Assembly (NCBI GenBank): GCA_021613535.1
Contig: CP075494.1
Coordinates: forward strand, 1,488,001 to 1,552,000
DNA: 64,000 bases
Direction: 5' to 3'
From: Adineta vaga
Lineage: Eukaryota; Animalia; Rotifera
Below are positions 24,950 to 38,260 of the stretch, piece after piece. How positions within the stretch are numbered: position 1 is the stretch's first letter; every line of letters starts with the position of its first letter. Made by a program: the position numbers and the translations under genes. The notes under the pieces were generated by a model that worked only from the letters and a program-made list of their open reading frames with translations, searched no databases and was not told the DNA's origin.

Positions 24950-25909
24950 ATGTCAACAAATTCTGTATTACAAAATATACAAAACGAATTCAGTCGTTAT
25001 GCTTCGTTGTTGATCATCACTACTGGTATTTTTGGAAATATTTGTATTATCATTCTGTTTGCTCCACGTTGGAAAAATTCCTGTGCATTATGTTTATTAA
25101 TCGCTGCAATATTCAATGGTCTTAACATTGCTCTTAATGTCTGGTCAAAATTTTCTCGTACATTTAGTCCAGATCCAGCAAATGTCAATATATATTTTTG
25201 CAAAATACAATTCTATTCTAGTCATGCATGGAGTCAAATTGGACGATATTTAGTTTGTTTGGCATGTATTGATCGTTATTTACTGATTAAAAATAATCCT
25301 CGTTTCAAAATTCTCACTCAACCTATCGTCATTCGAAGTATCATTGTATTTATCGTCGTCTTTTGGCATATATTGAGTATTCATGCGATTATTTTAACAA
25401 TCATTCAGAATGGTATATGTGGTCAATTTGGTATTTATAAACTTGTGTATTTTATTTATTTTTTAATTACTGTTTCGCTTATTCCACCGTTGTTATTGAT
25501 AGTTTTTGGAGGTTTATCTTATTATAATATGAAGAAATTACGTGTACGTATTCGACCAACTGGTAATGAAATTACAAATAATGGTGAAAATTTTGTTATC
25601 CAACGTAAAGATCGAGCATTATTAAAAATGGTTTTAGTTGAAAGTGCTGTTTATGTATTTACAACTATGCTTTATCCATTAATAAGTTTAGAAATTGAAA
25701 TAACCAATGATTTGAAAATTACAAAGACTTTTCTACATACTCAAATTGAAAATTTTCTTTTTAATCTCGGAATGATGTTTCTTTATTTTAACAATGCAGC
25801 TCCATTTTATACTTATTTATTTGCATCAAAAGCATTTCGTAAAGACACAAAAGAGTTATTTACGAAATTCCGGCAACGATTGTTATTTCGAGTCAATACG
25901 AACTCTTAA
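24950..25909 (+). CDS. Rhodopsin-like GPCR
   Basis: GIFGN in TM1, ACIDRY after TM3, and NNAAPFYTY plus SKAFRK at TM7/helix 8. Confidence 0.88.
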   Translation: MSTNSVLQNIQNEFSRYASLLIITTGIFGNICIIILFAPRWKNSCALCLLIAAIFNGLNIALNVWSKFSRTFSPDPANVNIYFCKIQFYSSHAWSQIGRYLVCLACIDRYLLIKNNPRFKILTQPIVIRSIIVFIVVFWHILSIHAIILTIIQNGICGQFGIYKLVYFIYFLITVSLIPPLLLIVFGGLSYYNMKKLRVRIRPTGNEITNNGENFVIQRKDRALLKMVLVESAVYVFTTMLYPLISLEIEITNDLKITKTFLHTQIENFLFNLGMMFLYFNNAAPFYTYLFASKAFRKDTKELFTKFRQRLLFRVNTNS

Positions 25910-26461
25910 TAAATTTTATCAGTACAACAATTGATTTTTCTCTAACGAACTCTAATAGTATAAAAATGCTTAATAATTAACCAGAATCAATGTGAGAATA
26001 TGAGTAAAATAGAATTTCTGTGATAAATGATTGAGTAAACATAATTTATTTATTTGCTTACTTGCTTATTTGTGTGTTTTCACTTTGGTTAAGAGTTATA
26101 ACGACTGATCGCACTCATCTTCAACAGCTTGACAGTGTACATGTCCATTATCCATCTATGCTTTTGATCCTGATTTGTGATAGATAGATCCAACATTTAT
26201 TGTCGCATTGTTTTTCGTTAGTTTTCCATCTTTTAATTATGTTAACTATATCTTCTAATATAATTTCTGCATTTTTCTTTCTCCCATACTACTTTTATGC
26301 TATATCATAAAAAAAAACTAAAATGTCCATGAATTGATAAGAAGTGTTTGAAGAAGAGAGAATAATTACTTCTTCACAACTTTCATATTGTATATGCGAA
26401 CGAGATATTACACCATCGTGACACGTGACATTTAAAAACAAATTTATAAATATCTAACAAA

Positions 26462-28838
26462 ATGACTCTGTCGCTTCATACATTACCGCTTGAACTGATT
26501 TATCATATTCTTGATCATCTCGATGAACTAACGATTCTTTGTTCATGTCGTCTAGTGTGCACAAGACTCGATGCCATCATAGACACATACCACCGATATC
26601 AAGTAATCTTTAATTTTCAAGTATTACATTTATGTCAGTAATTGTATGCACCTATTTTATTTTTTGTAGACACTTACTACATTAGATCTCACTTCCAATA
26701 AAATCGGTTTAGAAGGAACAATCTATCTAGCGCATGCATTGCAACACAATAAAGTAACACTATCGATATTCTTCACTTTCTTTTGCCACGATTTATTCAC
26801 TTTCTTTTCGTAGACCCTTACTATACTGAATCTTAAACATAATAAAATATATGACGAAGCTATCGAATATTTAGCGGATGCTTTACAAAAAAACAACGTA
26901 ATATATTATCTTTCTGCTCAATCAGCTAATCACTTACTCTTATTTTCAGACACTAACCATTCTAAACCTCGATTCCAATGGAATCGCCAATCGAGGAGCA
27001 CAGTACTTAGCCAATGCATTACGGATAAACAAAGTAATATAATCAATATGATTCATCTTTGTATTCAAACAGTTTTTTATTTATTTTATAGACACTCAAT
27101 ACACTTAATCTTGATTTTAATCAAATTGGGAATGAAGGAATACAACATCTAGCGAATGCTTTACAACAAAATAAAGTACAATTATGCAGCTCATTTCTCT
27201 GTATATCTAATCATTCACAATTCACCTTTCGTAGACGTTAACTACACTTGGTCTTGAAAACAATCAAACTGGTGATCAAGGAGCACAATATCTAGCTGAT
27301 GCTTTACAAATGAACAAAGTAATAAGATTGACACTTCTCTTCTTCTCCTATCATTCACTAGTAATTATACACAGACACTGACCGAACTAAATCTTCGACT
27401 AAATCGAATACGAGTCCAAGGAGCACAATATCTGGCTGATGCTTTACAACAAAACGAAGTAACATTACTTAGATCATCTTGTTGTTCATTCAACTATCAA
27501 TACATTCGATTTTACAGACACTCACCACACTCAATCTTAGTTGCAATGAAATTGGTACACAAGGTGCACAATATCTATCCAATACACTGAAAATAAACAA
27601 AGTAACACCAGTAGCATTATTCATCTTCTTATTGAAGCATTTATTTACTTTTGTTTTGGAGACACTCACTAAACTAAATCTCGAAATAAATGAAATCGGT
27701 GATGAAGGTGTACATTATTTAACGAATGCATTAAAACAAAACGAGGTAACATAACTCATACCATCCTTCAACTATATACATTTATTGTTCTTCGACAGAC
27801 ACTTACTACAATAAATTTCACATTTAATAGAATTACTTGTCAAGGAGCAGAACATCTAGCTAATGCTCTAGAACGCAACAAGGTAATATTATCTACATCG
27901 CTATTATTTTATAGAGCCAACCATTCATTATTTTTAACAGACACTGACCACACTAATCCTGAAGCATAATGAAATCGGTGATCAGGGAGTAGAACACTTA
28001 GCTGGTGCTTTACTGATAAACAAAGTAATATAATCAATATCATTCATCTACTTTTTCAAATATTTCTTTGTTTGATTTATAGACGCTCATCATACTAAAT
28101 CTTGATTTTAACCAAATAACGCATCAAGGAGTGCATCATTTAGCAAATGCTCTACTTGAAAATAAAGTACAATTACGCTGCTCATTTCTCTGTATATCCA
28201 ATTATTCATGAATAACCTTTTATAGACATTAACTACACTCTACCTTGAAAACAATCAAACTGGTGATCAAGGAGTACTATATCTAGCTATTGCTTTGCAA
28301 ATAAACAAAGTAATAGGATTAAAACTTTTCTTCTCCTTCTTCTTGTATCATCCACTGACAATTATGTACAGACACTGACCAAACTAAATCTCGAAAACAA
28401 TCAAATCGGTGTCCAAGGAGCACAATACCTAGGTGATGCTTTACGAGAAAACGAAGTAACATTACTTAGATCATCTTATTTTTCATTCAACTATTAATAC
28501 ACTCGATTTCGCAGACACTCACCACACTCGATCTTAGTTTCAATCGAGTTGGTTCACAAGGAGCACAACACCTAGCCAGAAGTTTAGAGCAAAACAAGGT
28601 AACATCATTCTTCTCAAGGAAGAAGCAGCTGATTTTGCGATAACAGAATCTCAAGATCATAAAATCAGCGATTTCTTCCTTAACTTTTCTGCATATTTAA
28701 ATATATATTTAGTGTATTTCACAGACACTCACCACATTAAATCTATCTTACAATCATGTCGATAGCACTACTCAGCAAGTTATTGTCACAGAAATACTAC
28801 AAAACAATGTACACTTGAAAGTTCAATTTGAATCCTGA
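26462..28838 (+). CDS. F-box plus ribonuclease-inhibitor-type LRR protein; 16 exons, ~476 aa (largely missed by the ORF track)
   Basis: Exon 1 (26462-26602) encodes the F-box LHTLPLELIYHILDHL. Fourteen 84-nt phase-0 exons start at 26670, 26814, 26950, 27092, 27235, 27375, 27518, 27662, 27799, 27941, 28083, 28226, 28372 and 28515, each encoding roughly TLTxLxLxxNxIGxxGAxxLAxALxxNK. Last exon is 28725-28838. Confidence 0.9.
28616..28681. mobile_element. Mini inverted-repeat insertion in the last intron of the LRR gene
   Basis: AAGGAAGAAGCAGCTGATTTTGCGAT ... ATCATAAAATCAGCGATTTCTTCCTT. This intron is 126 nt versus ~52-67 nt for the others. Confidence 0.6.
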
Positions 28839-29222
28839 AAAAATAAACGTAACATAGAAATAACATTAATATATGTGCTAAAAAAAATCATATTTTTCAA
28901 TCTAATACATAATTAATTAAATATTTTTTGTTTTCATCGTTTCTTTACATATAGTAATGTTTATGTTATTTGTATAAACGTGTATTTTTCTTCCTCCCGT
29001 TCTTTGGTATATAGATCAGTAATACTTTTCGAAATAGTTTGCACCATGATGACGAAATATTCGTACTAAAAAGGACAGTGTTGTGATGCAGAATAATATA
29101 AATTACATAAAGGTAAGTTTTATTATGATTGATAAAAAGCATAGATGTGCAAAATAGAAAAAAATGTTTTTGATTCTAAAACGTTTATTTTATTGGTATT
29201 TTTTTTCTAATCAATAGAATTC

Positions 29223-32200
29223 ATGGAGATTGAGATAATAACAACTAAACAATCATTGAATGATCAACATCATTCGAATGAAGTTAATATGAATAGTGAA
29301 TATATATTGGAGAAGCAAACAGGAACAGAGTTTGTATTTGTTTGTTAATAACACTATAATCTAATGAATATTTATTTTCAATAGAAAAAGTCTTTGCCTA
29401 CCGATAAGACCAATGACTGAACGTATAATAGGAGTTGGTATATTCGTCGGTATTTCATTACTCATCGGAATATTAGTCGTTTGTTTTACTACACCAAAAC
29501 TAAGTATGTTCTTCATTCATTTTTTTTTATTGTGATTTCAAATAATATTTTGTATTTATTTTTAGATAATACGTGTCAATGGATATTTCGGTCAACAATA
29601 AAAAGTTCAGTTGTTCGTAGTTCTCAACCACGTTCAGTTGCCCTTGGAGATTTAAATGATGATCAACAAATCGATATGGTTGTAGTTAATTCTGGTACAA
29701 ATACAATTGGTATTTTTATTTTAGATATTAATGGTACAATTATTAATCAACAAACATATTCAACCGGTCCAGGATCTCGTCCATGTTCTCTTGTTGTTAA
29801 TGATTTCGATAAAGATGGTTACAATGATATTGCTGTAGCAAATAATGGAACAAATAGTATTGGTCTATTCTTTAATAATGGAGATGGAACATTTCGTAAT
29901 CAACAAATTCATTCGACTGGTTCTTTTCATCCATCGTTTCTTTCTATTGGTGATTTTAATCATGATAATTATTCAGATATTGCTGTTGTTTATTATGGTA
30001 CTGATAATATTGGTATTCATTTAACAAATCTTGATGGATCTTTGCAAAGTGGAATTATTTATAGTACTGGCTATGATTCATTTCCATATTCGTTAGCCAT
30101 TGGAGATCTGAATAAAGATGAGAAATTAGATATTGCTGTTGCTAATTATGGTACAAATAATATTGGAATTTTTCTAGGATATGGTGATGGAACATTTGCA
30201 AGTCAAATAATTTATACAACTACACAAAATTCTCATCCAACATCTGTTAGTCTTGGAGATCTAAATCAAGATGATCAATTAGATATACTTGTCTCGCATT
30301 ATAGTCTCGGTAGTATTGGTATATTTCTTAATCAAGGTAACGGTAGTTTCGCAAAACAAATCATTCATCCAATTGACTCTCAATCTCGTCTACAATTTAT
30401 TACTGTTGGATATCTCAATATGGATAAATATCTTGATATTGTTATTGTTGATTCAGAAAATGATCGTATGCATGTTTTACCTGGTGTAGGTAATGTAAAT
30501 TTTGATACATTAACAACTTATGATTCGATCGTTGGATCACATCCATCATTTGTTGCAATCGTTGATTTTGATAAAGATAATCAATCGGATCTTATTGTTG
30601 CTAATTATGGAACGAATACTATAGGTATATTATGTAATTATTCAAGTAAACCATCTACTCGACAAACAACTTATTTTGTTGGACGTGATTCTCGTCCATC
30701 ATCAGTTGTTATTTATGATTTCAATAAAGATGGTCAATTAGATGCACTTGTTGATAATTTTAATAATGATTATGTGGTTATTTACAATGGTATTGGTAAT
30801 GGAAAATTTATTCGAGGAGATTCGTATTCAACTGGAGATAAATCTAGTCCACAATATATGTGTCTTGCTGATTTAAATAATGACAATCGAATAGATATGA
30901 TTGTAGCTAATTTAGGAAGTGATTCTATTGGTACTTTTTTTGGTAATGAAGATGGTACATTTGGATCGATGAAATCTTATTCGACTGGTATTAGTTCACA
31001 ACCATGGTTTACTGCTCTTGGTGATTTTAATAATGATACGTATTTAGATATTGTATCTGTGAATAGTGCCTCCAGTGGAATAAGTATATTTTTAAATGAT
31101 GGAAAAGGAAATTTTAATGATATGAAAACATATTCGTCTGGTGTCGGATCTGCACCTAATGCAATTGCTATTGGAGATCTTGATAATGATAATTATCTTG
31201 ATCTTGTCATTAGCAATTCACAACCTGGTCCAGTTGGAGTCTTTTTAGGTTATGGCGATGGCAGTTTTGGAGTAATGATACCATATTTAGCCGATTGTTT
31301 AGGATATTCTTTTATGATTGTTCTTGCTGATTTAAATCGAGACAATCATCTAGATATTATTGTTACTTGTACACCATCTAGCATTATATTTCTTTACTTT
31401 GCAATCGGCAATGGCACTTTTGAACCACCTGTAGCATTATTTACTGGAACTAGTACATATCCATTCTATGTATATGTTGCTGATTTGAATAATGATCAAT
31501 ATCTTGATATTGCTACGACATGTATTACATCAAGTGAAGTAGTGATTTTTTATGGAGATGGTACTGGAAATTTTACTTTAGCGAGAAGATATTCGACAGG
31601 TGATGGTTCAACTCCATATGCTATTACTACTGCAGATCTTAATAATGATAAACATTTAGAATATATAGTAACTTACTGGGGTAGTGGATATTTAGTAGTA
31701 TTAACTGAATATTATGCTGCAGATTTTACTAAACAATATTCTTACAAAACTGGATCTGCTCCACATCCATATTCATTAGCAACTAGTGATTTTAATAATG
31801 ATAATCAGTCGGATGTTGTTATTGCAAATTCCGATACTGATAGTATCAATATATTCTTTGGTTTAAATAATGGATTGTTTAGGACTCCAATGATATATTC
31901 AATTGGGACTGATAGTTCTCCACAATATGTTCTTACTGGTGATATTAATAAAGACAATTATTTAGATATAATTACTTTAAATTCAAAAGAAAATACAATG
32001 AGTTTAATTATGAATAATGGTAACGAAAGTTTTGCTCAACAAAAGAAATATTCAACTGGATCGAATTCATTTCCATCGAGTATAGCTATGGGTGATCTTA
32101 ATCTTGATAATCGAAATGATTTTATTATTGCCAATAAACAAGATGATAGTATTGGTATTTTTCTTGGATTTGATTATACATCATTTCAAAATCAACGAAC

Positions 32201-33863
32201 ATATTCATATGAAAATACTCGAGGACCAAGTGGTGTCAGAGCTCGCGATTTCAATAATGATAAGTACCTTGATATTCTTGTAACTTATGAATTAAGTAAT
32301 CAATTAGCTATTTTTCTTGGTCATGGTGATGGAACTTTTACCTTTTCAACACTTTATTCAACAGAACCTAATATTTATCCTTATGAACTCACTCTCGATG
32401 ATTTTAACAAAGATAATCACGTAGATATTGCCGTCGTTTATCCTTCTAGCAGCGCTATAGGTATTTTTTTTGGATATGGCAATGGAAGTTTTTCCAATCA
32501 AGTTACGCTTTCGACTGGAATCGATACTAATCCATGTGGCTTGGCTACTGGAGATTTTAACAATGATAATCAAATAGATATTGTTTCAGTCAATACTAAT
32601 ACTGCTACTATAGGTATTTTTATTGGAGATGGCATGGGAAATTTCACTTTGTTAAACATATATTCGACTGGAAATTCATCACAACCACAAACAGCAGCTG
32701 TTGATGATTTAAATAAAGATGGTAATATGGATATTGTTGTATGTAATTATCTTACTAGTATCGTAAATGTTTTTTTTGGATATGGTAATGGAAGTTTTCA
32801 AGCAAAAGGATTTTATTCTGTAGGTTACCAGTCATGGCCAAGCTCGATAAAACTAGCTGATTTCAATAATGATAGTCAATTAGATGTTGCTGTTACCAAT
32901 TTTAATGGTAATAATATTGGTATTCTTCTTGGATTAAAAGATGGTACTTTTGGTAATGTTAGTGCGTATTCAACAGGTGATGGCACTGGACCTTGGTTTC
33001 AAACTATAGCTGATTTCAATAATGACAAAATCTTAGATATTGCTGTTGCCAACTCGTTAATGGGTACAACTGTCATATTATTTGGGTTTGGAGATGGAAC
33101 TTTCTTATTAGGTACTGCTTATCCTAATGATGGAGATTCTCCTACATACTCAATAGATTCGGGTGATTTCAACCAGGATGATCAATTAGATGTTATTGTG
33201 GCCAATTACAATAGAGACAATGTCGGTGTTTTCCTTGCATATGGTCGTGAATCTTATGCTGGTATGAAAAAACATCCACTCATTGATGAATCACAACCAT
33301 ATTCAGTTGCTCTTAGTGATTTTAATCATGATGGTTGGTTGGATATTGTTGTAGCCAATTATGGTACTGATAGCATTGGTATTTTATTTGGAATTAGTAA
33401 TGCAATGTTTAGTCCAATGGTAACATATTCGACAGGAATTAATTCTCGTCCACATTCTCTTGCTATTGCTGATTTTAATCACGACAATTATTCGGATATT
33501 GTTGTTACTAATTCTGAAACGAATAATATTGCCATATTTTATAGTGATAGTAATGGAACATTGACTCTTCAAACATTGTACTCAACAGGTACTGGTTCTC
33601 GACCTTCTACAGTAAGTGTCGGTGATCTTAATAATGACAATAATTTAGATATTATTATTGCTAATTCTGGTACTAGTAATATATTTGTATTGTATGGTTA
33701 TACAAATGGAATATTTGGAAACGAAACTTCGTATCCATTAGGTTATGAAAGTATTCCATATTCAGTTGCTTTAACTGATTTAAATCAAGACGAACGAATG
33801 GATATGGTTATAGCGTGTTATGGTACAGACAATATAGATACATTAGTTAAAATATGTAATTAA
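29223..33863 (+). CDS. Type II membrane protein with more than 25 FG-GAP/VCBS beta-propeller repeats; exons 29223-29329, 29385-29503 and 29566-33863
   Basis: Repeated GDFNxDxxLDIxVxNxxxxxIGIFLGxGDGTF units. Two short GT-AG introns splice in frame and add a cytoplasmic tail and a TM helix (IIGVGIFVGISLLIGILVVCF). Confidence 0.9.
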
Positions 33864-34119
33864 TTCTTTCGATTATCAATAAATAAATTTCATTTATTTT
33901 ATTTTTTATGTTCAAAGAAAAGAAGAGGTAAGATTTTGATACAATGTAAAATTATTGTTGATTCATATGAAATCGAATCATTGAAGATACATCTTTGATA
34001 GATATTAAAAGTATCTCAATTCAAATGTTGGAAATATATTTTTGTAGAACAAAGTTTGTTCGACAAAATGTGCGATTCGCTTTGCTTTCCATAGATTTCT
34101 TATATTTTAAAATACGAAA

Positions 34120-34191
34120 TTGAGGGTAAGGGTGGGTGTGGGTAATATATTCGACTCTGTGCACCTAGATCCTCACCCACACCCTCAAGAT
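34120..34191. repeat. Element copy 9
   Basis: TTGAGGGTAAGGGTGGGTGTGGG-spacer-CTCACCCACACCCTCAAGAT. Confidence 0.92.
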
Positions 34192-35594
34192 TGATTTAGA
34201 CCGATTATTAGTTCCCGACAATGAAGAAAAGAATGAAATCTGTGCTGCCGATCGTGCTATTATGTAAAGTACCAATATGTTCGATTACAAACGAATTAGT
34301 TTTTTCATGTGAGCATAAGAAAATTGATTAATAGATATATATATATAAATATATATCAAGTCACTGGACTTATGAATTAAAATAACTCTTTTTGTCTTAT
34401 TTCAATAGACATAATCGATCTGATCATATTCTTTTAGCAGAGAATTATTGGCAATTACATCGCGTTATTTGTTATTTTGATTAACTTAATCAGGTCTCCA
34501 TCTATTTTATCGGAAGAATCTTTTTGAATTTTTCATTGACTTTTTTTTATAATAGTAAGACTAGTGACTGATATGAGACTTCGAACTGGACAGGCATAGA
34601 TCGGTTTCATCGATATTTTTGTCAAATTATACGATATGCAAACTGATTTACAAAATAATATAAATTTTTGATATAATGTAATTATGTATTTTACTTATAT
34701 TCATCTATCTATATTCAAATGCTTTATCTTGATATCATACAGTCCATTTAGCATTCATAACTTCAAACATATTATTATTTCAAAGTAATAATGCTACAAC
34801 TGATTGTCTTTTACTTTAAAGAAAACAGAAGGATATAAAATAGGTAATTAAATAATAATAATAGAATTTACTGCTAAATTGAAAATGATTAGGAGCTAAA
34901 TAACTAAAAATCGATTTTGTCAACTTTTCAAGGAGGATCGATATGAAGTAATACTAGACAAGAACAAGAACAAAATTATAATTTAAGTTCGCGATAAATT
35001 AGCATTCTATGACTTAGTAACGATTAAAACATAAAATTATTTAGATATAGAATACAGATGAACAATTAATCTATTATGTTTAACATTCTGACTATTGAGA
35101 AATGAAAAAGAAGTTTTTTAAATTTGAACTGTATAAATGTATGACCTATTCAGTCTATGTTCGGTCAACATTGCGCGAGCAATCGGTCACTATGTGGTTA
35201 GATGTTCTGACCTCGTGATCGATAGAAATTGTATGTTCTATTCTCTCCTATGTAAACTAATGTTTTATAATCTAAAGTGATACAGATAACGATACGTAGC
35301 CACTACTCTTGTTTGTCATTGTGATCGGAATAAAAGAAATACCGTAGAAAAAGTAACGAAAGTCTAGTATACATAATTTCCGTTACAGTCAATACTACGA
35401 TACTTTTTATTAAAATGAACTTTATCACATTCTCTGCAAGAGTAACATTCTGTATAAAGAATAGCGATGATGCATTCTACATTGGTCATCAGGTCAAATG
35501 ATATATTATTGAATCAAGCACTCTCTCCTTTTCCTTTGTATATCATTGCATTAATATCATATTCACTTATTGAAAACTAGCTTAAAACAATCTG

Positions 35595-36350
35595 ATGTAT
35601 GAAACAGATATGCACCGACGAGGTAATAGAAGATCATCGGAAGACGAAGAAGATATGTGCCGTTATTTAACTATTATTCTTTCTTTTATCGATTTGATTC
35701 CACTCTTCGGTTTATTACTAACAACTTCACCAAATTTAAACGAAGCACCTCCTCGTCTAAAATTCATTCCTGAAAATAATCAAACATGGCCTCAATTCTT
35801 TGCTAATTGTTCATATCAACTAAACTTTAGTGGAAATTATTCAATCGTTTGTCATAAAGCTATTGGACCAGTATCATCGTTCTTCTTAACTACAGCTTCT
35901 TTTCTCGCTTTCATTCTTCTCATAGTCAATTTAGTCACAGTAACTCGAGAACTCTCACGAAACGAACTCATTATTCGAACCGTTATGCATATGATCTACG
36001 CTTTGATACTTTTTACAACAGGACTTACCTATACTCTGACACACTATGAGTGTTCCAATTGTGGAGGATATCTTTTGTGTTTTAGTATTCCGATCCCAAC
36101 AACATTCTTTATGGCTTGTAATTGGTATGACGATGACGAGCAAATTCATTCACATCAACAAATATCTGTAGGAAATCAATCGCTTCAACTTAGACCTTCT
36201 ACTTCTAATCATTTATCAGTCTATTCTGGGAGAATAGTTTCGAATCAACTATCATCATCGATTCCTCGTCATTCACCAGAAAATAATGAAGATCCTCAAT
36301 TAGAGAATGAATTCAATGAATGGTTAGAAGCTCAACAACGTCACAATTAG
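35595..36350 (+). CDS. Hypothetical membrane protein (~4 TM segments)
   Basis: Intronless 251-aa ORF with hydrophobic segments and a polar C-tail; AATAAA downstream. Confidence 0.65.
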   Translation: MYETDMHRRGNRRSSEDEEDMCRYLTIILSFIDLIPLFGLLLTTSPNLNEAPPRLKFIPENNQTWPQFFANCSYQLNFSGNYSIVCHKAIGPVSSFFLTTASFLAFILLIVNLVTVTRELSRNELIIRTVMHMIYALILFTTGLTYTLTHYECSNCGGYLLCFSIPIPTTFFMACNWYDDDEQIHSHQQISVGNQSLQLRPSTSNHLSVYSGRIVSNQLSSSIPRHSPENNEDPQLENEFNEWLEAQQRHN

Positions 36351-36456
36351 TGAATTTGTTATTTTTTATAATCACATTTGTTATTTCAATAATAATAATA
36401 AAACTAAAAATTTTCTACTAATTAACCCTTTGGTTACGGGTTTCTTTTTGCAGATG

Positions 36457-36555
36457 CATCTTGATGGTGTGGGTGGGCGTGGTACTGGAGGGGGAGGGGG
36501 AAGCAAGGGAAGGATATAGATATCAATATCTACACCCACACCTACCCTTAAGATT
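36457..36555. repeat. Element copy 10
   Basis: CATCTTGATGGTGTGGGTGGGCGTGG, further G-runs, spacer, then ACACCCACACCTACCCTTAAGATT. Confidence 0.9.
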
Positions 36556-37031
36556 TTGAAATATCCTATAATGTTTCTTGCTTATCATTGTCTTTTCCTA
36601 AACACAGTCTTTAGATGAATTAGAAATAGAAAAAAAAAAGAATTGACTGACCGAAGTATCCATTTACAGCTAACTATAACTACGAGTCAAAAGAAACAAA
36701 TTTAGCTAAATATCTTTGAAACTAGTAATTTGTCAGTTAGAAACATCACTTTTAATATCAATATCAAAGATTTATCTCTAATGATTCGATTTCATTTTAC
36801 AAAAAGATTCCGAATATATACTTAGAGAGAGAGCATCGAAATCTCATTCTAGTTGATTAATTTGCATATTTTAAGATTAACTATTAAACAAAAAATGTTG
36901 ATGTAGAGCCTCAAAAGTACAGTGTATAGCACTAAGTGCCATTCAATATAAACAAAATCATATGGAACATTTAGTTTAATTTATTTTTTTTCAAAATATT
37001 TTTAAATTTTAATTAACCTTACGACAAATAC

Positions 37032-37102
37032 AATCTTGAGGGTATGAGTGTGAGTGGATTTGGAAGATTACATTGAAGTGACGCACTCACACTTCACTCT
37101 CA
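37032..37102. repeat. Element copy 11
   Basis: AATCTTGAGGGTATGAGTGTGAGTG-spacer-CACTCACACTTCACTCTCA. Confidence 0.8.
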
Positions 37103-37318
37103 TTTTTTATCGTAAAAGTGGCGAAAATTTTGTTTCGTGGTAATTTTTCTACTCCTCACTTTACGTTTTTGAAGAAAAAAGAAGCCAAATGAACATTTAT
37201 CAACAAACAATAAAGTTTGATACTGAATAAACATTTGATGTTGATGTCGTAGATTTGACGATCTAATTTTTGTTGTTTGATGTTGACGGAACAGAAGCTA
37301 AGTTTTCTGCTTATTTTA

Positions 37319-38260
37319 TTACTCCACTGTCAGCTTGTTTGACTCTTCCGCTTGTAGTAACAATAGAAATCTAAAAATAGAACAGATGCACATTAAAAGA
37401 TCCAAAATTAACACATTCCTTGATCTTTTCTCTCTTACGGATTGCCTTGCAAGTTGTTTTGACACAGATGATGTTCCCTGATATTTCTCTACTTCTTCTT
37501 CATAGTCTTTGAATTTCGAATATGAAGAACGAACTACTTCTTGTCGACATCGAGCTTGCTCTTGTGCCTCTTCTACTTGACGCTTATATTGTTCATATAA
37601 TTTTGTTTCTCGCGTATACCAGTATTTTTCTTCACGGCTGTGCTTGGCTTCCAATACACGTCCAGCTTGTTTTTTCCGCTTTGAGTTTTTCTTGTTCATG
37701 CTTGTCTGTTCTAGATTTTTATTGCGAAGCTGCAATAGTGCGTGTATGCGCTTCTACGATTGACTGTATGTCTTTTAATGCAGTAATTTTCTCTTTTAGC
37801 TCATCATCTGTCTTTTCAAGTACACGTAGCTTTTGTTGAGGATCTCTGTCAGCCTGAGGAAGTTCGTTTTCCTACAACACGCCGTGCTCACGAACACGTC
37901 TTAGCTCACGCATCCCCGTTGCATTGAGTGCACGAGAAAAGAAGATTCCTAACTTGAAGAAGCTGACGATTTCAGTTTGGCTCGCTTCTCTTTGCTTTTC
38001 GACTCGCAGTGGAAAACGATTAAACAAGAATTACTCGATATAGAGTCACCCAAAATTTGGAGCCCTAATCAGAGTATTTGGATATCTTGGTCACTAATAC
38101 TGCATGTGGTCGCTATACAGAAGCAGATGACATGACACTTGGTAAATTCACGATTGATACACTCAATAAGGATGTTCAGAATATTCTCATCGTCACGACC
38201 TTTACTCTTTTTTCTGCTAGATTGTTGTTCTTACGCACTCGGTCCCGAATTGAGATCTTC
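37319..38260 (-). pseudogene. Decayed paralog of the adjacent AIG1-like GTPase (lacks the P-loop; has stops, a deletion and a coiled-coil tail)
   Basis: The minus strand reads RDDENILNILIECINREFTKCHVICFCIA...DIQIL*LGLQILGDSISSNSCLIVFHCESK and FKLGIFFSRALN. These match RDNDIIMRAIDVYANQEITKVHVICFCVA...MGDKIASNSCLIITHCESK and FKMGIFFSGVLN in the neighbour. Confidence 0.8.
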
